A stretch of 64,000 nt of DNA from Antedon mediterranea. Taxonomy: Eukaryota; Animalia; Echinodermata. The DNA is taken from contig NC_092675.1 in the NCBI RefSeq assembly GCF_964355755.1, forward strand, positions 30,228,912-30,292,911. The letters are read 5' to 3'. Of this stretch, positions 1 to 14,925 are shown one piece after another (position 1 is the stretch's first letter; every line of letters begins with the position of its first letter). The translations under genes were made by a program, and so were the position numbers. The notes below the pieces were generated by a model. The model had not been told where the DNA came from. It worked only from the letters and a program-made list of their open reading frames with translations, and did no database searches.

Positions 1-331
1 ACACTATCACATTTTATGTGAGAAAAACATGTGTTGTGCCCATATATGGACTTGATGACATCATTCCACTACCATATTTGGGCACATCACACTTTTTCTG
101 TCAAACTAGTTCCATAGTGTAGACAGAGCTTTAAGATAGATATTCCTAATTATTAAAAATATTCTACCTATGAAAAACATGACTTTTACGCATTCTACAT
201 ACAGAACCCCTCGTTTTGGACACCCTATTAAAAAAAATGTGATGTGACCATGGACACGATGAACTATCACTACGATATTTGGGCACATCACACCTTTTCT
301 GCCAAACTAGTTTCATAGTGTAGACAGAGCT
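1..331. mobile_element. MITE family A: one copy cut by the window edge (1-130) and a partial second copy (~240-331) within a ~200 bp local duplication
   Basis: Right TIR TAGTGTAGACAGAGCT at ~115-130 and ~316-331. The downstream flank (…AAAAACATGACTTTTA…CATACAGA…GTTTTGGACAC) is also duplicated. Confidence 0.75.
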
Positions 332-3300
332 TAAGAAACTTCTAGCTAAGAAAAACATGACTTTTATGCATTGTACATACAGAGCCCCTTGTTTTGGACA
401 CATTATTTAGGATAATTTGTTGTGTCCCGAAGGTGTCTCAACTTAAAAGGAGTTCTACTATATTTATTTTATTTATAATCAAATAACTGTAGAATGGAGA
501 AACTATTGGGCAGCTTTTGTAGATTCACAAAGTGTTTACAAATTAACTTAACAAAAAATCAAATTGATAAACAAAACAAAAACTTGTAATTTCTGTAACT
601 ACTGTATATTCTGTCTGACTTGGTGATTTGTATTTGACATTTTAAAGTTGTTATCCTTTACAAACACATTTGACTGTTAATAAGTAATTTCAGTGTATCG
701 CTAAATGACTACTTAGTGTATTTACATGTCTCCCTGTCTTCCAGTTTTAAGTAGTACAGTATTTTCAAGAATGATATTGTATAATGCTATAAACATCCTT
801 GTAAGAGGTTTGGATGTTCCGTGTCAGCATTGAAACAATGAGTTTAATGAGGGTGAGTGTGGAGGGACACTCAGAAAGATTGATATAAGAATTTATTAAT
901 CAAAAAATAGCCGAAGAATTAAACCATGGGGCAATGGCCCAACACAGAAGTGGGCACTTCTTGATTTTATTGCTCTTTTCTGTACTGTTTATTTTTTAAT
1001 GCCAAGTTTTCAGTAGCCCTGTGGTGGATGACATCACACTTGGACAGATGGAGTGAATGAATTGTGAAGAATTAAAATGGGGCTTAAGACAGATGTAGTG
1101 AATACATTGTGAAATAAGAATTAGAACAATGATGACTATTGTTGTTTACTACAAACCAGAGGTCACATTAGTAAATTTCTAACTTTTATCAGATAACTAT
1201 GTTTGTTATAAAGCTGACATCTGACATTTTTTAATAGACTCACACTTTTGTAGGTACTTAACATTTTAATATCTCAGGAAATGTTTACTGTGAAAACAGA
1301 GAGTTAAATAGTAAAGAGGGAATCACAATTGAATCAACATATTTTATATACTAGATTTCTGTTTCTAATTAAAAAAAATTATTTATTTTTGTCTTTTTAT
1401 AACAAGCAACTGGTTTTCTGCTCTCAAGAGGTTTGTTGCGTTGTATGTGTATCTTTATTTTTTATTATTCTCTCGTCAGGGATGGTGTCCGGCGGGGGAT
1501 AGTTTCACCATGTAGTTTAAGTTCTATTTATTTGTTGTTAGCCGAAACCGTTCAATTCATTTTTTTTAAATGTATTTATTCTGTCTTTATACTGAATGAC
1601 ACTTTCAGTGCTAAAGCATTGCTTTCCAAAGTGGTTCAGTAGAGAAACATTAACAATATAATAAAAATAATTCAAAGACAACTAACAAAGTAATTTCATT
1701 AGTACACACACATTTACAAAAAGGTATAGCTATCTACAAAACATACAGTAATTTCAATGTAAATGTTTTTTATATATTTACAAATGACAATAAATTGAAT
1801 AAAAGCAGAATACTTGATAGTTTCACCTGACAACACACATCTAGCATTCACAGCTAAAGTTTGTGTTGTGTTTAACTTGTATGGGAAACAGTTGAAAAGG
1901 AATGTTTGTAGTAACTAGTGGTAATGCTATCCATATGTCGTAAATGAAACGTAACCAATATGATGCACTGTTGACGAATTTTACATGTTAGCAATGACAC
2001 TAGCGGTCATCTTGGAGTATCACATGTTGCACTGATGGCTTTGCTTGTCATTATCAGAAATTAACAGAACTAGGCCTATAAAATATTCAAAATTGTAAGC
2101 AAGACCAGAGGAGTGTTCTTAATTGCAGTATACCACTTTATATTTCCTGTAAGTTCAATTGATTTCTTCTGAAAATTGCAATTTTGTTGTTCTGGCTTTT
2201 ATTATTGGAAACATTGAATTGAGAGTAATTACATCATACAAATTGAATTGAATTGAATTGATCACTATTTCAGAATAAATATTCCATATATACAACAAAA
2301 ATTAATACAAAAAGGAAAATCACACTAAAATAGGATGTTTTTCCACTTAGTGAAGAGATTTTGATATTGTAACAGTACTAGTATCGTAGTACACCTAACC
2401 AGATTATTTTCATTATTCACAACTCTTAATCTAAAACCATAGATGCACTTGCGTACATGCTCGTAGAAAGAGGGAATTCTCCTTGTGGCAAATATAATCA
2501 TCTTTATATATTAGCAGATTTATATTACAATGTTATAAGTTTATTAAAACAAGTTGTAAAAGTTGTCTATATTTTACAATATCAAATCTAATAATATAAA
2601 TACTTATTCTTCTAACAGATTTATTTATATTACAAGATTATTTCTATATATAAACCGTTTTTTATATATCCTTTTTTTCTATCCAGTCTTTTAAAAAAAA
2701 ATCCATTCTTATTTTGATGGCTGCAAATGTTATTAACATTATCAACAAACAAAATCCAAAATAAATAAACAAACATACAGTAAATAAAATATACCAATAG
2801 ATGAAACAATGAGAAAAGTGAAAACTTAAACTTAACCATCTGTCATAAAATACCTTAAAGTTTATATTATTGTTAAATTAAAAATACATTTCTTCCATGT
2901 AAGTCTACTTTAGTTTGTTTTTAATTTGAAATTGCGACACAGAGAAGATTAATTTAGATAAAACTGTATTTTTAGTTACGACATAAATAGCATTTTATAA
3001 TTAGAATTCTCACAAGCCACTAAATAACATTTATTTTTTGTTAATTTGTTCTGTACTTCACAAAAATAGAATATAGACACTTGAGATTTGACGATAGAGG
3101 GTGCTATCTCATTTCTAACAGATTCTTTCATCTAATCAATGACTTCCTAAGTACTCAATAGGATTGCAAGTGGATGTGATGTTTCCTGCTATCGTATTCA
3201 CTCTAAAGCTCCCTTCCCTAAGACTTGTTAACGTCATCCCCACAATTTACAACATCATCAGATCAATGATTTTTATAATATTTAATCTTTTTTTTATTGT

Positions 3301-3501
3301 ACAATCGACCAAATATAAGTAAATTTGTCGAAACTATTTTCCCTGAATGAGCAATGCAAGTATCAAGAACCAATTACTTATAATGTTTTGAATAATTTGA
3401 TAAAATTGGGTAACAATCAAATGTGTGTGGAATCAAATGTGTGTGGTATACATTTCAATACAGACTACACTCATCTAACCCTATGTTCATACTTAGCCAT
3501 T

Positions 3502-5137
3502 GTTGACCGTGGACGTATTTGACGGTGGTTGACTGTAGACGTATTTGACGGTGGTTGACTGTAGACGTATTGGGTGGTGGTTGAACGTGGACGTATTGGA
3601 TGGTGGTAGACCGTGGACGTATTGGATAAGGGTTGACCGTGGACGTATTAGAGGGTGGTTGTTGACCGTGGACGTATTGGATGGTGGTTGACCGTGGACG
3701 TCTTGGATGCCTGGTTTACCGTGGACGTATTGGTTTGACCGTGAACGTATTGGATGGTGGTTGACCGTGGATGTATTAGATGGTGGTTGACCGTGGACGT
3801 ATTGGATGGTGGTTGACCGTAGACGTATTGGATGGTGGTTGACCGTAGACGTATTGGATGGTGGTTGACCGTAGACGTATTGGATGGTGGTTGACCGTAG
3901 ACGTATTGGATGGTGGTTGACCGTAGACGTATTGGATGGTGGTTGACCGTAGACGTATTGGATGGTGGTTGACCGTGGACGTATTGGATGGTGGTTGACC
4001 GTAGACGTATTGGATGGTGGTTGACCGTAGACGTATTGGATGGTGGTTGACCGTGGACGTATTGGATGTTTGGTTGACTGTTGACGTATTGGATGCCTGG
4101 TTGACCGTGGACGTATTGGATGGTGGTAGACCGTAGACGTATTGGATGGTGGTTGACCGTAGACGTATTGGATGGTGGTTGACCGTGGACGTATTGGATG
4201 TTTGGTTGACTGTTGACGTATTGGATGCCTGGTTGACCGTGGACGTATTGGATAGTGGTTGACCGTGGACGTATTGGATGGTGGTTGACCGTGGACGTAT
4301 TGGATAAGGGTTGACTGTGGACGTATTAGAGGGTGGTTGACCGTGGATGTATTAGATGGTGGTTGACCGTGGACGTATTGGATGGTGGTTGACCGTGAAC
4401 GTATTGGATAAGGGTTGACCGTGGACGTATTGGATGCCTAGTTGACCGTGGACGTATTGGATGGTGGTAGACCGTGGAGGTATTTGACGGTGGTTGACTG
4501 TTGACGTATTGTATGGTGGTTGACCGTAGACGTATTGGATGCCTGGTTGACCGTGGACGTATTGGATGGTGGTAGACCGTGGAGGTATTTGACGGTGGGT
4601 GACTGTTGACGTATTGGATGGTGGTTGACCGTAGACGTATTGGATGCCTGGTTGACCGTGGACGTATTGGATGGTGGTTGACCGTGGACGTATTGGGTGG
4701 TGGTTGACCGTGGACGTATTGGATAAGGGTTGACCGTGGACGTATTGGATGGTGGTTGATCGTGGACGTCTTGGATGCCTGGTTTACCGTGGACGTATTG
4801 GTTTGACCGTGAACGTATTGGATGGTGGTTGACCATGGACGTATTGGATGGTGGTTGACCGTGGACGTATTGGATGGTGGTTGACCGTGGACGTATTGGA
4901 TGCCTGTTTTACCGTGGACGTATTGGTTTGACCGTGGACGTATTGGTTTGACCGTTGACGTATTGGTTTGACCATGGACGTATTGGACGGTGGTTGACCG
5001 TGGACGTATTGGTTGCCGGTTTGACCGTGGACGTATTGGTTTGACCGTGGACGTATTAGTTTGACCGTGGACGTATTGGTTTGACCGTGGACGTATTGGT
5101 TTGACCGTGGACGTATTTGATGGTAGTTGACCGTGGA
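3502..5137. repeat. Minisatellite, 26-bp unit GGTTGACCGT(G/A)GACGTATTGGATGGT, ~60 copies, with 20-bp variant units near the 3' end
   Basis: Directly visible periodicity. The ORFs at 4438-4975 are artefacts of it. Confidence 0.97.
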
Positions 5138-5825
5138 TTTATAGGATGATTACGGTAATGGCTACGGACTTATCGTATTGTCTGTCGTCTAACTTCCACA
5201 GATTTTGGTTGAAAACAATCTATTCAGTAGGCCATCATGGTTTATTTCACTGTATTTATTATATTTTGAAAGAGAAGTTACATTTAAATAACCAATACAT
5301 GTGATGATATGTTGCTGCTGCTGAATAAATCGTAGTTGAATTAACGTTACCTATAACATGCCCCATTCCTAAACGTGATATGTCTCTAGCGTGTTGATAT
5401 CAGTCTCAACAAGTGCACAACCCGTAGTCTATCACTAACTAACCCACCCAAAGGACTTCTTTACTCTCCAGTTTTTATCAGTTAAGTCCCATTCCTAGTT
5501 CATCAAGCTAAGCAAAGATAGTAGCGCCATATTTCACTTATGAAAGTCTGAATTTAGTACCGTTAATTAAGCACTTTTGACATAGAACGGTTGTAATCAA
5601 CATATTCAAACAAGAGGCGAGACCAGAACAGGAAAGTGTGCTGTACAGAGATAACGAATACCATGATGCCTGCCCACCTAGTGTTGTGTGTTGTGCTGTG
5701 TCGGCGGCACGTAGCTCCTTGCTGATATTTATTAGAAAATGAGAACGTTTTGTAAACGTGAGAATGATTGTCAATATTTAGATGTTTAAATATTTTATTA
5801 CAAGTAAATGTTTTATATTATGTGT

Positions 5826-6570
5826 ATACTTGTTCTAAAAGTATTTTTAAGTAGCAGAAATATTGTTTGTAACCCAATGCAATGTAATATCTTAACACCA
5901 TTAATAATAGTAATAAATGTATATATCTTTACCAGTTAAACTTTTCTTATACGGTACCGGTACAGTAATATACTGTTACATAATACGTTACGTAGTACAC
6001 TGTTTCAACGCCAAAATGTACCCTATGCGTTATATATAGTGGTACTTTTTCTAACAGTATTAGTAGAAGAAATATTGTTTGTAACCAAACGCAATGCATT
6101 ATCTTAACCCCATAATTATAGTAAAGTAATAAATGTATATCTTACCAGCTAAACTTTTCTTACACGGTACCGGTACCGTAATATAACTGTTTCTATACCA
6201 AAATGTACCCTATGCGTTGTATATAGTGGTACTTGTTTTAACGGTAAAAAGGCGAAATTACAAAGACGAGCGGTTACGGTAATAAAAATATAGAATCTGT
6301 ATTATTTTATTCCTTATGACCATTTACACAAAGCGCGTAGTGTGGTTTGCGCTCAGGATAGATCTACTGATTCTACGTGGGACAAGCTACGCGGTTGTCC
6401 GCTTACCGTTTACCGCTCGTCTGTGTAAATTGGCCTTTAGTAGAAGAAATATTGTTTGTAACCCAACGCAATGCAATATCTTAACACCATAATTATATTA
6501 ATAAATAACGCTTTACATATTTAGTCTAGAAAGTATATCTTTACCATACTTTTCTTATACGGTAATATAC
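5826..6570. repeat. Degenerate ~200 bp tandem triplication, third copy interrupted by a MITE
   Basis: AGTAG(C/A)AGAAATATTGTTTGTAACC recurs at ~5850, ~6062 and ~6439. Confidence 0.75.
6251..6435. mobile_element. Small MITE with ~32 bp imperfect TIRs
   Basis: GGCGAAATTACAAAGACGAGCGGTTACGGTAA versus the reverse complement of the right end, GGCCAATTTACACAGACGAGCGGTAAACGGTAA. Confidence 0.7.
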
Positions 6571-9500
6571 ACTGTATCTAATTAGTTCCAGTAATTTATT
6601 TTTATTCAAACTCTGTTACCATTTTGTTCACATTCATGACATTTTTGGTTAGCAAACATTTAACTTAATATCCAACATGGATTTATAAAGGATGAAGGTA
6701 TTTCCTTTGGCGCTCCATAGGCAATATGTTGATTTCCTATACGTGTCCCTATATGCAGGGTACACTGGCGTTCCATACGCAATCTTATAATTTCCCTCAC
6801 GGTCCCTTAACAGGATAAAGCCATCTCGTAGTTACAGGAATTAGCTTAGATTTATTTTTCTGGCTACTGTATACTGAACAGAATTCCATCATAACAAATC
6901 AGTTTCAATAATGTTTGTGTTTTAATCTAAAATATCATAAGTTACAAACATTTGTGTTAGTGTAATGGATAAACCAGGAATATAACATTGCTAAGAATAT
7001 AATAACAATAAACTATTACTTTAATTTTGTTTCTACCTAACGCTCAGCTGTGTTACTATGTAACAAACTCCTCGGTGAAATTCGCAATTTAATTTTATTT
7101 ATAGTTAATCAAAACCTGTTTCTCTGTTGATCAATTTCTGGTAGATGACGTAATTGTACATCGTAATGTTTACGTTGTTATTTTTCTGTTTTGGTTTCAC
7201 CAACTAGCATAGTTTAGCACATGTTTTGTCTTTATATATGTTTATTTACGACAGAAATAGATTATTAGTAAAATACATTTTAAACAGTTCTGAATGTGAG
7301 CGTCTGCAGGTGATTAATACATTGAACTGGTTTAATTATAGTTAGGCCTACTGTGTATTATGCCTATATGATTATGATGGTGACCTTTTAAACATTTTCT
7401 TTAATAGGCCTAATCATTTTTGGGTTGTAATATGTCTATCTTTTTTACTTAATTAATATACCACAAGAAAATCGCTGCTAAGCCTCCTAAAATCAAGACC
7501 AACATGTGATCTGGAATAGTGTGTGACCCTTGAAGAGTAAATCCCACTAGGGATAGCCCTCTCAAACTGAGGCTAATATTCGTCTTGAAACACCCGATTG
7601 CAATCTGTTCTTATTTGCTTTTAGGCTCAGTCATGTTTCACACTGATATTCTTATTTTCTATATTATATTCCGATTAATTATACTATCCCACTTGTTCTA
7701 AGAAATAATGCTTTATCGTATCGACAACAGGTATCATAAATTATTTACAGGATTTATATTAATTAACAAAAATAGAGATGAATTATTTAAAAACTGATCA
7801 AAACATTCGTAGGCCTACAGATGTTTTCCCTTTTTTTTATTTAAAGAGTTTTTCCTTTTTATGTTTTAAGTAAATAGTTGAATTTAAATTATTAAATTTA
7901 TTGTGATTCTTGATATTTGATTAGGTAATAAAGTAACACATTGTAAATTTATTCGACAATGAATTTCCGAAAGGGTTAATAAAAGAATATTTGAATTTAA
8001 ACAGATTTTGTTGAAATATGGCATGATGGACATTACAAGCTTTCTTTTATGTATGTTTCTTTGATGTTGACGAAGGATATCCCTCCTATACATGACTGCC
8101 TGCCTTGTGATTGTTAACAAGGATATTGTCCCGGCGTAGGCCTACTGTAGCCCTACATTATTCGTTCTTATTTATTATTCTGTGCCTCCTATCTAAATTT
8201 ATTTTTGATTCTTTGACGTTCTGTAGGCCTATCACTATTTGCATCGTTGTTTTGGTTCCACATGAAATTGATTTTAGTTAAATTGATCAGTAATCTGTAT
8301 AAACTGTAAACTTTGCATTAGAATTTAAAATAAACTTATATATTTGAACATCGAAGCCTCAGAAAAATGATTTCTAATATTTTTAACTTTCTTCAAATGG
8401 CGGGAGTCCTAGCTGATATTATGAGCAGTATGTACGATGTGTTTTTTAATGTTTTATATGTAACAACTTTTACCTCAGTTTTATTTTTAAATTTAATTTG
8501 TTTTATCGAGTTTTCATTGCGTAATAATATTTGGGTCGAGTGAATTAGCAAATAAATGACATATGTCAATCTGGTTTAATAGGTTGTAGATTACTGTAAT
8601 CATCCACGTTCTTCGTCGATTATCACAGATTGTTAGTCTAGTCAAATCATGTAGCATACCGTGTCCAGTCTTGCTCTCCAACTCATCAAATTGTCTTGTC
8701 CTTAATTTTGAAACCCGAAGTCTTAAAAATCTCAGATACATTATCTATTACTTAATGAAGTGATGTGTATTTGTTCTTTTATTGTCAGTTTCTTGTCAAT
8801 CTATTTAGACGTCTGCTGCTAAAGAAAGGAAATCATACTTCACTGATTAAACACTCCTTGTTTAACTCATCATCTTATGCAATCTTATCAAATTATTAAA
8901 TTCCACAAAATCGTATAAATATTCGTCATTAATTATAAAAATATTAAAGTCTCAAGGTTTTGCTGACAAAAGAGTAGTAGTTAATCTGTATTTCCAATCT
9001 TTTAAATGTTATAATTGTGCCTTGGAGCTAGCTTTAGCCTATACATACAGAAAAACGTACTGCAATGATTAAAGTGTAATTTTATTTTATCGATTTATAA
9101 ACCTACAATAATCTAAATATTTTCCCCCAAAAACATGAAAAAAATGAAATTACTAAAATTAGACTTTGAATAGGCCATTTTACAGTTTAAAAAAATAATC
9201 ACTTTTTTAGAAAAAAATAAATGAAAAAAATAAATGAATTCGCTTGTAAAAAGACAAAATAAACGTTTAAATTTAAGAAACAAAATCCATTGTCTCTGAC
9301 AGACAATGAGCTTCCATTTTCTTTTGCTTTGGATTACACTTTTTTAAAGGTTATTTTTTCCGATCCAATTTTTACAAAGTGAATGATGATGCGATATTTA
9401 TTTTTAACAATATATCTTTAGTGTAGTCTGTCAGAAATATTAGAGTATACACAATATTAAATAATTTATAATTTAGGCTAGTTATAGGGTATGTATGCAT

Positions 9501-11852
9501 TAATATTTATCATTTATACTGTGGTATGTAAGAGTGGTGAGAAAATGATGATCAATGTTAATAGCCTACTATCTCAATTGATGTTTATTCAAATTGGCTC
9601 ATGTCCGTTATATTGCGCGCCCGCGTATATATCTGAAATTGATTGATTGATTGACTGGTATGGAATAGGCCTACTATCGTGGTTATATAACGACAATACT
9701 ATTGCCTGTCTATACTTGCCCTGTCTAAAAATATTTCTTAGGCCCTACGTTAAAAACGAATCATATAAATTATATAATCCTACCCGAAATTAGCGGACAT
9801 ATTTAAATAAGAATGAATTGTTTGTACATTAGTATTAGTATGTTTTCTAAAATCTAAATGTTTACCCACTGGAATATAAGCCTAACACAGTTAGCCTATA
9901 ATATAATAATCGTGAGCAAACGATGTTTGATATTTTTTATTTGGTTATTTTGAAGGAAAGGTGACAATAATTAATGTCTCTACTGTTTAAACCTGTTGCA
10001 AGCCGAATTTATAAAACAAATTATAAATAAGCTATATGCATTAATTAAAATATATTAAATTGAAAACTTACGTAAACTAATTTAATAAAACAAATAAAAG
10101 CAGTTGTTCTGCGTTAAAAGAAAATTTCAATCCGTGTTGAAACTACGAGCAAAATGGCAAAACCCGAGACGTAAAATTAAACACAAACGGTGCATTGAAG
10201 GGGGGTTTCTTACACTATTCCCACGATCTTTACCATCCATGATGCCCACGTGTAGTTCCCACGACTATTTAATATTATTTATGTTTTGGTTCAGCGAAGC
10301 AAGCGCACATCTTGTAAATGAAATTGTCAATTTCGATAATTACACTTGTCGGTATTGCACATCGGATGTAATTGTTGTCTCCAAATATTACAGGGTTGGT
10401 CTTGTATTCTGCTACCGGTCACCATGCCAGATGTTGTGAATTCAATGTGTTCCAATATTCGACAGCAAACAATTATCCTTAAAACTATGAAAAGAACCTA
10501 TTTTGGAGTTTTTCTGCCACCGTGAGTGGGGTAACAATTTTGTCAGAAAAAACGATGTTATTTTCAACTGGTATAGGCAATTATACTGTACTCTCAATCT
10601 TTAATACAAATGTCCATGTAAAGAAAATTTTCGAACGGAAAAAAAAACAAAGCGTATTTTTTCCTAGACAGGAGTGACATATTTCCGTTGCTTTATCATA
10701 CTTGTTGACTCTTCTAAATACTTCTATCTCCATGTTCTTGTATCAAGTACGGTAAATAAACAACTCATTTCAACATTCTTGCATTTCGTCTTCAACATTT
10801 CTTATTCTTATTCTTCTTTTATTGCCAAATATAAAATACATGAAGAACACGACATACAAAAAAACAACAATAGATCCATGTCCACACGTGTCAACTAAGT
10901 CGATAATATTTCTATGAAATTTAATATTTTCTTCAATCTATGATATGGCAACAACAATGTTTCCATGTTTAAAAAAGATATATTTATCAATAAAATTGTG
11001 GTTTTGAAAAAAAATTATTGTCTATGGAAAAGATCAGTCGACTAAAATGTTTTTGTTTGTTATTTTTGATACATAATGTATATTTTAAGGCTCAGTAATG
11101 GGTGCATCAAGGGGGCGACGTGTACATAAATCTTAGCATGTACAATGTTCTGTGGGTGCACATTCGGGTTTCAGTTTCAATGAGCAGAGGAACAAACACT
11201 GCCCTCTCACTCGCCGTTTCATTGAGATTACTTAATTTGGTTTGATTATTTTTTTAAAAGCTCAGTTTCGTGTATTTTAACTTTATGTCGTCATTATTTC
11301 TCATTGGCTTTTTTCTTTTATCTTTTAGTATGTTTATAGTTTAGTAGACCTATTCTTTGTTTTTTGTATTTTTTCAATAATTTTCTTCTAGGATTGTTCG
11401 ATGTGTTGTGCATGTGTCTGTGAATAAAGATAAAACAATTATAATATATGGCTTTTCCCAACAAAAATTTTACTCTTTGATTTTTTTCAATAGATTTTAC
11501 TTTTTCTGTTCGATTTAATTTATTTTATTTTATTATTTAATCATATTTTTAACATATATTTTTTAATTTGCATTTTGTATAATTTCTCCAATTCGAAATT
11601 CGAAAACATGTTTAGTTATCTTGTATCTTGTATATGATGATTATGCTGTGGTTGTGGATATTAATACATTTTATCTCAATGCTATAATGTAAAATTAATT
11701 TAGGTCTATAAGTTTGGGGTTTTTGAAACGTTAGATGTACAGTATTATTTTATTTATATTCAGATCATACACCTGTATTTCCGTACACACAGTAAATATG
11801 TGAGTTCTATGGATAACATAAAGTAAAGAAAATACAAACAAATACACAAATG

Positions 11853-12268
11853 TAATTACAAGATGCCAGACTGTACAAACGTAGGTATTAAAATGCGAAG
11901 ACACCGTACAGGTACCTATAACAAATATAAACATTTAATTACAAGATGCCAGACTGTACAAACGTAGGTATTTAAATGCGAAGACACCGTACAGGTACGT
12001 ATAACAAATACAAACATTTAATTACAAGATGCCAGACTGTACAAACGTAGGTATTTAAATGCGAAGACACCGTACAGGTACGTACCTATAACAAATATAA
12101 ACATTTAATTACAAGATGCCAGACTGTACAAACGTAGGTATTTAAATGCGAAGACACCGTACAGGTACGTATAACAAATACAAACATTTAATTACAAGAT
12201 GCCAGACTGTACAAACGTATAGGTATTTAAATGCGAAGACACCGTACAGGTACCTATAACAAATACAA
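11853..12268. repeat. Tandem repeat, ~83-bp unit, 5 copies
   Basis: ACAAGATGCCAGACTGTACAAACG at 11858, 11941, 12024, 12111 and 12194. Confidence 0.95.
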
Positions 12269-13849
12269 CCAAAACAATGTATAATATACTAATAATAATT
12301 CACTGACCAAATAATTTTAAAATAAGAAAGTACCGGTACCATATCAGGATATATTATTTTTTGCATGAGTGACTGACTGGTTATATCTTGCGGCCAAATT
12401 CTCACCAATTATGATGAAATTAAACGAGAACATTAGTCAATATTTGTAACTAATCACTAAGAAACAAACACTTATTCTACGTACATTGAATCCTCTTAGG
12501 ACCCCGGCGGCCGTTTCTAGAGTTGAACTTATCAACTCTTTCACAGCTTCTCGTCTAGTTCGTGAAGGTCTTGTAAATTCCACAACGTCATCTTCATAAT
12601 TAGCATCAAAGTCTTTTGTAATTACAGTACAATTAGTGATTTAATTACTTGGGATTTTATCTGTCATTCTGAATATTTGTTAAGTTTACAGAACCTAGAT
12701 TTAGGCCTGCCGTTTCTGTTATGTAAAACAAACCCCTATGGGTTGAAGGTTAACTGTGACATTGGTTATTATGTTCTCAAACATGTATTGTCCCCAAAAA
12801 ATGAAATATAAAAATAAATTAAACCAAACTTTGAAGCGGCGATTTTGCAGTTTTGATAAAGATGTTCCCAATTTTTAAAGTTATTCAGAAATGTTCCCAA
12901 CTTTTGAAGTTGAGTTGAATAATAAAGGTTCCCAATATTTCACACGAACATTGATTTTTTGACACGAACATTGATTTTGCTTATAAAAAGACAAAATAAA
13001 CGGTTACATTTAATCATAACCCCCATCGATTTCTAGACACCTGGCTTCCGTTCCTATATGATTTATCTGGTAAATATATAGATTTTTTAGATTTTCAAAG
13101 TGAAAAACATGTTTTGGTCACATTTGTAGCGGAAAAATTCTCTTTAAACTTGTGCTCGTCACCTAAACACCTATACGATACTATACTATGGGTGAGCTGA
13201 GATAGATATGTGTATTGGCTCATTTTGAATATAGAAATTTGTATTCCAAATTTTAGATTGACCGCATAGAATATTGGTGTGTTCCAACTGCTGGCATTTA
13301 ATGTAAACAGTCCCTTTGCCCTAGATGTAAAACATTTATTTTGTATTATTGTTCTATATAACACACCCACATAAATGTAACTTTGTTACTTAAGACCAAT
13401 AATAGTAAATATTTACCAGTGGACAAAGCATTATAATGGGTCAAAGATAATTAAAGATTGCTTTGCTACGGAGGCGTGGGTTTTGATTAGTGACACTGTC
13501 AATCACTACGTCTTAGCATTCACAAATATTTGTTCGGCCTATTTCATAGCTTTCTCTTTGAATATTAACCCATGCTCAGGTCAACACTAAAACATGTTAT
13601 TATTCATTTGTACGTCGCACGCTGTTTGTTTTCGTAGAAGAAGATTATACTTAAAAATTAATACATTTTGTAAAATTTTTGGAAATCAGTTTTTTTATGA
13701 AAACAAATAAATAAAACATTGAAAAGTTAATATACAGCTTTGTATTTATCCAAAAACCTTATAATACAGTATTAATTTATCATAGCATTATGTGAATATT
13801 TAAAAATTATCAAGATATACAACTTATATTATAAAACTGGCATTCCTCG

Positions 13850-14277
13850 GAGATCACTCTTATTCAGGAGACGCCCTATTAAAGGGGCACCCTTATTTAG
13901 GGAACATCCCTATTTAGAAGACACCCCTATTTAGGGAACATCCCTATTTAGAGGATACCCCTATTTAGAGGACACCCCTATTTAGGGAACCCTTATTTAG
14001 GGGACACCCCTATTTAGAAGAGACCCTTATTTAGGGACACCCTAATTTAGGGGACACCCCTATTTAGAGGATACCCCTATTTAGAGGAAAACCCTATTTG
14101 GAGGATACCCCTATTTAGAGGACACCCCTATTTAGGGGACGACCCTATTTAGGGGACGACCCTATTTTGGGGACATCCTTTATCCGGGTGAAACGAACAA
14201 TGCTTTAACGCTACGGTCACCTTTATTCAGGGGACACTTTGTTGGGAACTCGATGGTGTCCCGTTAAGAGTTCTACC
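13850..14277. repeat. 17-bp minisatellite (TATTTAG(A/G)GGACACCCC, ~17 copies) expanded inside a degenerate MITE-like element
   Basis: Array at ~13875-14180. The trailing GGGACACTTT…GGTGTCCC…GAGTTCTAC resembles a short relic at ~380-460. Confidence 0.8.
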
Positions 14278-14669
14278 TCAAAAACACTCTATCATTTGTA
14301 TTAAACAAGTCAATTTAAAACTATTTTAGGCATCAGTAAAGGAAAAACGAGCGCCTGAGAGAAATTCATGTTGAACAATATTTCCCTCCAAATTAGAGGA
14401 ACCAAACCATTCGTTGCTATGTTAGGTCTATTTATAAAACCAAATACTGTTTTTTTTTTAATTACACCATAACCAAATAGACTATTTGATATTATTTTTA
14501 TTACCGCATAGGTAAAAGACAGATACAGTGTGCAGGCAACTGTGTTTTGTGTTTCTCATCAATTTTAAATGGGTTAAAAGTTTAACAGTTTGAAAAAAGA
14601 TGATATAGTTTTTAATTGATTGTAAATGTAGGTGGTTAAATGCAGGTGGTTAAAACCCGAAACCTTTTA

Positions 14670-14925
14670 TGAAAGTCATCTGTAAGTTATCAATCAGTGG
14701 CGCTATTAACGCCTAATGCCTGCTCACTTTTGATAAGCTTTTTATTACTTTAATTGGCAGAGGATATTTTCGTAGGCCAGTACCTCTAGCAAATGAGAGC
14801 ACGTTTGGAGATACAAGCTTTTAGCAGCATCCACCGAATCATGTTTCTACAAACACTAGACTTTTATTTGCTGTCAGAGTACGATAACGCCCCCACTCGT
14901 CCTTATCAGTGGTAAGCAGGCAGAA
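14670..14925. promoter_or_regulatory. Candidate GATA/SCL enhancer
   Basis: CATCTG (14677), TTATCA (14687), CTG-N8-TGATAA (14720-14736), CGATAA (14882) and TTATCA-N8-CAG (14903-14919). Confidence 0.35.

Noticed and set aside
4438-4975. ORFs of 132 and 63 aa
   Set aside because: Translations of the minisatellite.
12480-12720. Coding-like minus-strand stretch (EDDVVEFTRPSRTRREAVKEL)
   Set aside because: Short, with stops nearby; at most a retroelement remnant.
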